Shown in pieces: positions 54,268-64,000 of a stretch of DNA of 64,000 nt. The position numbers and the translations under genes were made by a program. This DNA is from Lama glama. Its lineage: Eukaryota. Under the pieces are notes generated by a model. That model ran no database searches. It saw nothing but the letters and a program-made list of their open reading frames with translations, and had not been told where the DNA came from. The stretch lies in contig CM052818.1 in assembly GCA_028534125.1 (NCBI GenBank), positions 25,918,001 through 25,982,000 on the forward strand, written 5' to 3'. Within the stretch, counting starts at the first letter, position 1, and every line of letters starts with the position of its first letter.

Positions 54268-54339
54268 GCAACAGCGGAAGCTAATAATCTTGCTGCAGTA
54301 GCAGGAGCAAGAGAGATCTATTGCAAAAGTATGGAGCAG
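54268..54339 (+). CDS. ATL2: ATL2 exon 11 (72 nt)
   Basis: cttag|ATAEANNLAAVAGAREIYCKSMEQ|gtttgt. Confidence 0.97.
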
Positions 54340-54984
54340 GTTTGTAACTAAATTCTAAATTTGACACTAGAGTGAGATAGAAGAAGACTTTTATATTTAA
54401 AATAAGTGAACCAATTTGTGCTCCTTATGCATTGTCATTTTACATAATTCCTTAATTTCCCTTTATCATCTCTGCTGGAAATAAACTAAGAAAATTATTC
54501 ACATGGTTAAAGTGCAGGATACAGGTAGTGAATTATTTTCTGACTCATGATTCAGAGTGCTGTTATTAGTAGCTTCTGATGTCAGTAACATTAGCTTTAG
54601 GTTCATAGCAATTTCTGTGCTAAGCTTGCTAACTCAAACACTGAAGTCCTTTTTTATGTGTTATCGTTTACCCACTCTCTTGCCAGCAGTCTTTTGTACT
54701 CTTGGTGTATTGATGGGTCAAATGAAGTGAGATACAGATTGCAGTGTAATTTTTTGGTCTTTATTGGTATATAACTAATTTGGAAAATTTATTTTTCCTG
54801 AGTCAGTTAAACATGTAAGAAATAAGTAGGTTATGATAATGTGTGAAGTATTATGAACAAATTTAAAACTGAATCATGTAGGTGGTTTGATTTGTTTGAG
54901 ACTAAAAACTATGAGCAGGAAACTTCTTCCAGTGGGAATTATTTCCAGCATGTAATTTGTCCTACTGTAATCCTGTCTGTACAG

Positions 54985-55416
54985 GTATGTGGTGGGGACA
55001 AGCCTTACATTGCACCTTCAGATCTGGAGCGAAAACACCTGGATCTCAAGGATGTGGCGATTAAACAGTTTCGTTCTGTGAAAAAAATGGGTGGAGATGA
55101 ATTCTGCCGTCGTTACCAGGACCAGCTTGAGGCTGAAATTGAAGAAACCTATGCAAATTTTATAAAGCACAATGATGGCAAAAATATCTTCTATGCTGCT
55201 CGTACCCCTGCTACGCTGTTTGCAGTCATGTTTGCTATGTATATAATCTCAGGACTGACTGGCTTCGTTGGCCTAAACTCTATAGCCGTCTTGTGTAACC
55301 TTGTCATGGGATTAGCACTGACATCTCTTTGTACTTGGGCATATGTTAAATACTCTGGGGAGTTCAGAGAAATTGGAACAATGATTGATCAGATTGCTGA
55401 AACACTATGGGAACAG
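54985..55416 (+). CDS. ATL2: ATL2 exon 12 (432 nt; middle domain, TM hairpin, start of amphipathic helix)
   Basis: tacag|[11 protein letters not shown]...[27 protein letters not shown]...IAETLWEQ|gttggt. Confidence 0.98.
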
Positions 55417-56969
55417 GTTGGTATCTGTCTTGTGATTTTTCAGTGACTAGTCTCATCCCTGTGACTCTGCACCCCTCCCCGGTCTCCCATCTCCACTCCC
55501 TAGTATTTGCGCACCTACTTTTCCTTCATATGGGGAATGTCAAAAGGCTGTTTTCTATTTTGTTTAGATATATAATCTTTGAAAGTATGAACTGAAGAGG
55601 TTTTTTTTTTTCCCTTAAAGTCATAATTACTGTGTGCTATGGTCGACTTAAATCTGTAATACCCTTTGGATAGATTCTTAGTCATAGGCCTGATTATACC
55701 AGACAAATGGTCAGGGCTAGAGTCTTTAAGGATTTTTTTTTTTTTTGAGAAAAGAAAATATAATTAGTGCAAGAGTTACAAAGGTAAGGAAAGAAGTTTG
55801 GAAGTGCACTTCTTTTGCTTTAGGAAAGCTTTCCTAAAGCAAAAGAAGTTTCTTACTAATATTGGCAAGAAACAATGCATCCTTATATTCCAGGAAAAAT
55901 ACTGGATGGTATTCAGGTCTTCATTGCCTGCCTTGAAGATAGCGGTGATTTACTGATGTACACAAGGAACGACCTTACAGGGATTTCTTACATCAAAGAA
56001 ACTTTGTTAGACCTCTGTACTATGGAAATGCTAATGAACAAAGCAAAGTACCACAGGGAACCAGCTTCTCTTAATCATAATTTGTTGCCTCAACCAGAGT
56101 TCATATCATGATTTTTTATGTCAAACCAGATTTCAGAGTTGGGCCTGACAAGTATCTACTAAGGAAAGCCTTGTTGTATATCAGCCAACTGTTGTCTGGA
56201 ATTGCCTGTGTTGAGAAAATTCCATTTAAGGATATTGTCATTAAAATGATCGTCATGAAATATTTGATCATCATGTCAAGAACCAGAATGAAAGCTACAG
56301 TTATTACTAATGAGCAGTATTAAAGGGGTTTTCAGATACCATTTCTGGGCCAGTGAAGTATTAGGCTTATTTGAAGATCTAGGATATGTAGGTCCAGGTT
56401 GGTTTTGGCTTCAAATTCCAAGACTGAAGAAGTAAACCATTTTTTGAAGAAAGTTGATTGGATATTGACTTTTCTTATAATAATGTCATTACTATTTTAT
56501 ACAGTGACCCACTACATTTGGATTTTATGTTTGTTCTTTAGAGAAATGCTCCATTTATTCAAATCTGATTTAGAAGCTTGTGTTTGGATATTTGTTAAAT
56601 TTAAATTTTTATATCTTTAAAAAATACCATTCTTCATATTCTTTTGATACCTTCTGATAGAACATGGATTAAAAGTTATCACAGCCTCACTTTAAAAAAA
56701 TATTATCTACTTTAAAATTTTGGACCATTACTAATTTTCTGCAACACGAATTTCAGTAATTGTACAGTGTCTTCCAGTCTTCTCCTGCACAGCATTGATT
56801 CTAGGATTGTAGAGGTGCCACTATTACAAAACAGTTAAATGGAAGAATCTAAAGTATGTAAAATTATTTTCAGTATAGCTGAGGTAAGATGATAAGTAGT
56901 CAGAAGATCCGTGTTGTGTCAACAAACCTTGTCTAAATTTTTCTGCATTTCTCTTTTCTTTTGCTTCAG

Positions 56970-56984
56970 AGGAGTCCCAGGAAG
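56970..56984 (+). CDS. ATL2: ATL2 15-nt alternative microexon (RSPRK)
   Basis: Long pyrimidine tract ttttctgcatttctcttttcttttgcttcag|AGGAGTCCCAGGAAG|gtgaga; frame-preserving, phase 0. Confidence 0.85.
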
Positions 56985-57082
56985 GTGAGAAAACTAGAAA
57001 AGTCTCAAATTGTTGTAGTCTTAAACTCTTTAACTTCAGGGCACTCTGAGTCATTCTCCTAACGAATCACTCCATGTTTTAG

Positions 57083-57190
57083 GTGTTTTCCAAACTGTTT
57101 GAAGTTACTAGACGTCGAATGGTTCATCGTGCTCTTTCATCAGCACAGCGACAGAGACTGTCATCCAACAATAACAAGAAGAAAAATTAG
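57083..57190 (+). CDS. ATL2: ATL2 alternative terminal coding exon (ATL2-2-type tail)
   Basis: Branch-like cctaac at ~57058; ttttag|VFSKLFEVTRRRMVHRALSSAQRQRLSSNNNKKKN*. Confidence 0.93.
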   Translation: MFSKLFEVTRRRMVHRALSSAQRQRLSSNNNKKKN

Positions 57191-57571
57191 ACAGTATTTT
57201 TAACTTTTTTCTCTATCTGAAGTGTTCACACTTACACATGTAGGACACTAAGCAGGACCGTCTGGGCCGGTCTGCATACATGCTGTGTACATACCAGATT
57301 TGATGCTGCACATAGGGTATGGAATTGCACATCCATCTCATAGGAATTGTAAATGGTTTGACTAGGAGGAAAGTCATTTTTGTTGCATTATAAAATGTCT
57401 AACTGCATTATTTGTAGCGTCATAACTTTTTTTGGGAGAAGCATCTTTTTATTTCCCACATTCCTGGTTATTTTCTTCATTGTTTTGAATTGAATTTTTA
57501 TATCTATTTTTATATGTAACTCTTTTTTTACCTCATGTTTTTATTTGTTTTGCACATTTCTCATACCACAG

Positions 57572-57691
57572 GTATTGAAGCCCCTGGGTGATAATTTGAT
57601 GGAGGAAAACATAAGGCAGTCTGTAACAAACTCTATCAAAGCAGGCCTGACTGACCAGGTGTCTCATCATGCCAGATTAAAGACAGACTGA
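57572..57691 (+). CDS. ATL2: ATL2 canonical terminal coding exon (ATL2-1-type tail)
   Basis: cacag|[39 protein letters not shown]. Confidence 0.96.
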
Positions 57692-57755
57692 CAGTTCATC
57701 TCCTCATGGACTCCACTCTCCCTCTTTTTCATGCTTGCTGTACAATGAGAACTCA

Positions 57756-57767
57756 AATAAAAATAAA
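57756..57767 (+). terminator. ATL2: Tandem proximal poly(A) signals AATAAA-AATAAA
   Basis: 65 nt after the TGA; TGTA upstream at ~57739. Confidence 0.6.
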
Positions 57768-58773
57768 CCAAAGTTTACAATCAACTGTAGAAGTAGTTTA
57801 GTATAACTGGCTTCACAGATGGCTGCCACAGAGTGTGAAATTGTTTGTTGGTTTTAAGCATTCTGTTCATGGCTCCTAAGACATGACGATTGGCTGAGGA
57901 GCATAAGTTTATCATGCACAACTTGTGCCATGTTTAATTCTTTTTTTTTTTTCCTTTTTACTTAATCTAATGTTGGTGAAATTTGTCTTATGTAAAAGGA
58001 TATTTCAGGGAAATATTTTAAGAAATCTATTTAGAGTCTCTTTAACACAGTGTCCCATTGAAATTTTTAATTGTTAGAGAAATTATGAATCACTGTATCA
58101 AGAATCAGATTGGAATGACAATGAAGCCTTTATTGAGCCACGACATTAAAAGTATATATTTGCTTTACTGCCTTTAATACCAGTATTACATAAATGCATG
58201 TGTCAGAAACTTCACAGAAATTACATGACAACTCTTGTAGCTAAGAAAGTGATTCTGAGGTGTACATTTGTCTTGCCTTTTTAAATTTATAAACCTGCCC
58301 TAAAAGGAGATGCATATCTGGGAAACTGAACTGTCTTTATGCAGTTTAGCCTTCATGTACATAAAATACGCCATTAATTTTATTGGGGGAGAAATTCCAT
58401 CCAAAAATGTTGCCTACAGCTATGAGTTAAGAGTGTCTGTACAGTGTGTAGCTTTTATTTTCTAAAATCACAGATAGGGCATGTATATGAATTATAAATA
58501 TATAAATACAATTTTGTATTAAAAGTTTTGTAGTTTATGGCAAAATCTGGTTCTGTGGTAGGCTAATGAGTACAGTCCCTGTGAAGGAATGTTTGTGGCT
58601 CATGTCAGTGTGTGAATGCATAGACAATTTGAAGTTTTTGATATATTTGTGATATTTATCTTCCTTGAGCACTGCAATCTCACCCCCCAAGGGAATTCAA
58701 TGGGAATGTTTATCGTGACTTTGTCCTCTGTTGCATTTTAAAGTTATTTCCTGTAATTTATTTTCAGTACATA

Positions 58774-58779
58774 ATTAAA
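58774..58779 (+). terminator. ATL2: Candidate distal poly(A) signal ATTAAA
   Basis: End of an AT-rich, apparently repeat-free 3'UTR-like stretch; T/GT-rich downstream; other candidates at ~58145, ~58518 and ~59359. Confidence 0.45.
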
Positions 58780-61700
58780 AATTTGTTGTATATATAAAAT
58801 GGAACTTGTGATTCTTTTTTAAGGAATTCTTCGAATATGTGTTCTATTACCCCTATACCATATTTGTTTATATTGAAAAGAACATGAGCGGGAAACACCC
58901 AAGTGAGAGCTCTGAGGTATCGTACCTGGAAGCTAAGCTGGTAAAAAGTTACTTTCTGTGTCTGCTTCTGTTAGGAAAACTTGTGGTTAGCCTGAGGGGT
59001 TTACTAATTTCTTTCATCTGTCTTTTTTTTTTTTTTTGGTGGTATATGTAAGCCTCACATTTTGCAGTACTTTTGCAGCCTTCTCTATGAACACCTATTC
59101 AAGCGCCTCGTTTGGTCGTTAAGTGAAAAGAATTGAGATGTTGATTTGCATGCCCGAAAGTTCTAAATTTACTTTGGTTGATCTCTCTTCTCCCTCCTCA
59201 TTTCAAATCCTGTTTTTATATGGGCTGTATTTGTTAATCCATCTGTATTAAACTACTACCAACTCATCTGTTCTTAAACAGAATCCACCTGAAAAGTGTC
59301 TCTATTTCTTCTGTCACTTTGTTTTATGAGTGCTGTGGACTGTTTTTATGAATGAAAAAATAAAAAGTTTGTTGTGTAATAGCAGTTCTTCTGAAATTAA
59401 AGACACATAGCTTACTTTTTTTTTTTAACAAAAGAGTTGTGAAATCTAGACCATTGGATTTCTCAGTATTTCTTGTTGGAAAGAGTGTTTTTCCCAAAAG
59501 AAGATACAGTTCTATAAAGGATTTCAAGACAGTACTTTGATTTCAGCTGGAAGACTCTGAAATTGTTAAGAAAGAAGCAATAAAAGGGATTAAAAACAAA
59601 CTCAAAACTGTTGGCTGAAATAACTTTGGTGTTAGTATATTTTCTGTGGTAAATTTTTTTTGTACTCTGTATAATAAGGTAGGTTTTTAAAAAAGAAACT
59701 TAATGACAAACAAATGTATCTTCCTAGTTAAGACATAAATAATTTACTTTTGTGGAAGAAACAGTCATCAGTGACCCTGCTATTGAGTATGCCTTACGCG
59801 TTTCTCATGTAGCTGGCTAGTCATCTTTCCTTCACTGAACATACTCTGTTTGTGAAACCAAATAGCAGAATTTTACATGTGAGGGTTTATATTTTCAGAG
59901 AACTCCAAGCTGGGCATCGTTGGTTATTTCACTGCCAGGACTGGGCAGGTTACTTTACCCTTGCTGTAGGTATGAGGGCTACTGTTGTTAGTTACATTGT
60001 TTCACTACTGTGGGATTTAAAAAAAAGTTTGGGTCTTAACTTGGTTAAGAACTTATTTAAAAATACTATAGAATTTCAGAAAACACTGTGATGTTGCTGT
60101 TAGTGGTCCACTGTGTAAATACTCAAAACGGCCTCAACGGGAAGTCTCTGAGCAGTTGCTTAGCCTTTTAGCTTTCTGATTAGCTGCTGCTCTGCTCGTG
60201 TGGGTTGCTTGTGTCTGTTACACACACTTTCAGGTTTCAGCAGTTTTGTTCCTGGCCTGCACTTTCCTGTACTTGGACCAGAATTGACTTGTGCCCTAGC
60301 TGTGGGGTGAAGGTGCAGATCAGCTTGGAGAGCTGGCAGCTGTTTCTGGTGGCCATCTTACTTGGCCAGGGTTTACTAACCAAGAGATTCAGTCTGAAAA
60401 CTCAGAGAGGTTAACTTTGGGGAATATTCCACCTGGTTTTTGGGCGAACAACTACATTAGGACTTTGAAATGCCACCTTGCCTATCTCAGTCTTCTATCA
60501 GATCTTAGTAGTTTATTCTCCAGATTTGCAGTTTGCTGGAGTTCAGGCTGAGGAATTGACCTACCCTTGATGTACTTCAGTGCAGTTCAGCTGTTACGTC
60601 CTTGTGTTCTTCAGTGCTCAAGCTAGCAGTTGACCCAGTCAGAAGTGCCTCAAGATGAGTAGAAAAACGCATAGGAGAGGCGATCACAGCCTCTGTGTAG
60701 CTCAGGAGAGCACTTCAGTCTTGTGGAAGGAAACCACTTTGTCACAAAAGGCATCTTGGGATCTCAGGCCTGCAGACCCAGGATTCTACTCCACGCCTCA
60801 GGGGTTTGCGTCAGTGTGAAGTTTCAGACGCAGATGAATAACGATCCTAACTCAAAGCTTCGGCTTGGCTGCACTCTGAAAAGTACTAAAAGGTAGAGGA
60901 AAGATTTGTTACTACTGAACCAAGGTGAAAATTACTCATGATACTACATTAAAGATAAATATGAGGCAAGAGTGAGAATCTTCCTGTCCTGATTGTATCC
61001 CTCAGAGGTGACCATTATTTTGGTATGTGTGCTATTGGGATCTTTTCCTGTGCTTAGTGACACATCTATATATGCATAAAATATACTCGATTTTTATTTT
61101 ACACAAAAATAGAATTGCCCTGTACATGATGTATATTTTAAAAATATAATACGGACATTTTCCTAGGCCATTAAGTAATTCTTTAATGATCACATGGTTT
61201 CTTTGACCCTTCTGAGAGGAGATGGGGTTTTGAGGAGAGAGCACTAGACCTTGGATCTCTGCTAACAGTTTCTGACTGTTTATGACAGTTTTCTCCTTCC
61301 CACAGGATTGGTGAGAACCAGATATGTGAAGGGTACTTGGGAAGCGGATACCATAGGAAATTTGCACTCAATTTCGCTTATCTTAAAGGCTCCATCTACT
61401 GGCTCTATTTGGCCAATAGTCTAATAATTACTTACTGAAGCTTGTCCATAACCTTTTTTTTTCTGGTCAGGGGGTCTGAATGGTGGACATTTGGCCTGTT
61501 ATTTAAATAAGTTAATTTTTTTTAACCTTCTGACAAATAAACTTACATGGCAAACAATGTAGTCATGGAAAAATTGGGTGTATACCTACTCTCAGCAAGA
61601 AAGATCACTTAGAATTGTTCTGCATACACTGATTTTTTTTTTTTGACTCCCTGAGAAGCCTAAGCTTCTGGTTAGGTATGTAGGTGTATCAAATGTCAAA

Positions 61701-64000
61701 ATCTCAGCCCTACTGTGACTTCTCTCATACTCAATAAATCTGCCCCCAACTAAAGATGGTGTCTATAATTCCCATCCTTGCCTTCACCAGCGCCTGAGAG
61801 ACACCCGGATAGTCACTGGAGGGCTGGTAGCAGCAGGGGTCTCTGGAGAAAGGGATGAAAGATGACAGAACTTTGTGATCTCTCAAGTGGTTCTGCCATT
61901 GACAGAGACAATCGTATTTTTTTTTTTTTAACCTCATGGCTTTTAGATCCTAAGCTCTCAAACACTGATTTCTTGGCAGTAAGCAACGTTTAGAAAATTG
62001 GCCTTTATCATTAAATCTGAATATTCCAAATTTATTATCTTGTTTAATGCAGGGGAATTATGAGAGGACATCAGGCATGCCCAGTTGCCGCCGATTTATT
62101 GCAAACACTTATGAACAGAGAATTGCAAAACATTTTTTCCTTGGGCCCCTAATGCTCTTGGTATAATGCCTATGCAGACAGTTTGTAAGCTCACTTCCTT
62201 CCCTGGATGTTGACTCACTAGGCACATATTGATTGCCTGCTCTATTCTGACTATGCTTTATGCTGGGGAGACAGTGGTGAACCACAGGCACAGTCTTTGC
62301 ATAGCTTTTATATTCTAGCGAGAGATGCTGGTGCACGCCAAATTTGGCTTTATCTCCTGCTGCTAATGTAGGATGGCCTGTCATTCGCCTGGGGTACAGC
62401 AGAGGGCAGATGAAGTCTATCTTTCAGAATCATTCGCGGCAGCCTAGCATCTTAGCTGGTAGGTTAGAACTGTTACCTCACTTTTTGAAGGAAACTAGCA
62501 TCTGGTTTTGTATTTTGCTCATTGCTTGTCTGACTTTAGGTACCTCTGGTATCAAATGTGGGAAGAAGCCAAACTGCAGGTACATTTTCTCTTTCAGAGT
62601 AAATATTTTTGGGGAATCATTGTGAGGGGAGCTTGCTAAATAAAGGAGTTCTACTCTGAATGCTTTCAAAAGTAAGGACTATTCAATGGATTTGATATTT
62701 AATTGAATATTTTCTATAAATCAGAATTTTCATGTAGGGGTTTGCTTAAATTGAACTGTAGCTGCGTTTTGGTTGTTGCTGAGAGGATGAGTAAAGAGAC
62801 CATCATTCTCATTAGCTAATCTTATTCCTGTTTCAGAAGTAGTAGCCTCCCCTACTCCCTCAGCCTTTTGGAGTGAATAAGAGAGTATTTTAGAAATGAA
62901 GAGAAAATTTTTGAATGCATGCTGTTATGGCCACAAGAATGGCATCAGCGGAGCAGAAGAGAGCAAAGGACCATTTGGGCAAAGAACCTCAAGAGAATAT
63001 TCTAATTTTGAATATTTAATGCTCTGTTAGATTTTCTGGGTGCTTTAAAGCAATCAGTATTCGTTTGATGTATGAAGCAAGACGTTGGGATTTCCTATGA
63101 AAAGGAAAATCTGAACAAGAGGAAAGGTACCTGAGTGATACCTTTTGTCAACCAGCACCTTACTGGATCTTTTATTCATCTATGGGTTCCCTGGCCCTCC
63201 TGTTCTATTACTTTCTATGGGACAAACACAGGAAAGCTGCACTAATTTTGCACTGTCTACAGCCCCCTAGAGAGCGAGTGGGTGAGCAGCTATGGAAGGG
63301 GAGGGGGCCAAATCAATTTCTAGTGAATCTGAGAGCCAATCACATCTTATTATTCTGTTGAATTATTTATCTTCTCCAGTAGATAGTAAGTTCTGTGGGA
63401 TGGGGCCATGTTTATCTTGTTCACCACTGACTTTCCTGGGCCCAGGACGTTTTTCATACACCAATACTTTAGGAGCATAAATGACAGCCCTCCCACTGAG
63501 CTCATTAAGGAAAGACTAAAGAGATTTAAGAAGCGTGGATAATCCCATCCATGAGTTGTTTGGAAATTGTGTGTGTGTGTGTGTGTGTTTGATTTCCAAT
63601 CATCTATGCCTGCATCACCTATGAATATAATGAAATGCCTAGGTAACAAGTAGGAATAGCTAAGGAACTCTGACGTCCATCCAGAGCTGACCATTCAATT
63701 TTGAGGATTCTTTTAATTAGAAGGGCCCTACCCTGCCCCACCCATCCAATTCAGGAATGCATAGTGTCCCCAAAGGGAAGTCACCATGTTCCGCTGGAAA
63801 TCTCATCAAATCCTGAGAGAGCTATTCCATTCCTTGTTCTTCCTTTTCCTTTTTTTTTTCTATAAAGTTTAAACTTTATAGAAAAAGACAGAAAATAATG
63901 TAACAACATTCATATGCCGCTGCCTAAGAGCAAACAAGTACTAATATTTCGTCACTTGGGCCTCAGCCATCCATTGTTAGGAAATCGTTCCCCATGGGTC

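Noticed and set aside
54853..55446. 197-aa ORF as a stand-alone gene or an intron-retained tail VGICLVIFQ
   Set aside because: It is exon 12 plus chance read-through into the flanking introns
59400..64000. Short ORFs downstream of ATL2
   Set aside because: No recognisable protein similarity, CpG island or consistent exon structure; treated as intergenic

Overview
This is mammalian genomic DNA, most likely camelid (Vic-1-type tRNA-derived SINEs are present; I recognised no Alu, BovA or PRE-1). It holds the complete + strand atlastin-2 gene (ATL2, an ER membrane-fusion GTPase). The gene has a CpG-island promoter at ~7.2-8.3 kb, coding exon 1 at 7547-7664, a ~26 kb first intron, and exons 2-12 from 33639 to 55416. 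The 3' end is a splicing switch: a 15-nt microexon (RSPRK) followed by two alternative terminal acceptors (57083 and 57572) that encode different C-tails. All exon boundaries were read by hand, are GT-AG and are phase-consistent (canonical CDS 1749 nt = 582 aa + stop). Upstream lies a full-length RPS15A processed pseudogene with target-site duplications (TSDs). The rest is intronic/intergenic repeats (L1, L2, MIR, MLT1, MER5/20/33/2, SINEs); repeat family names are from memory and boundaries are approximate. I see no new multi-gene system. The best leads are the microexon adding a CDK-type S-P-R-K motif, a frameshifted alternative first exon, many exon junctions that regenerate 5' splice sites, and several unusual L1-mediated insertions.
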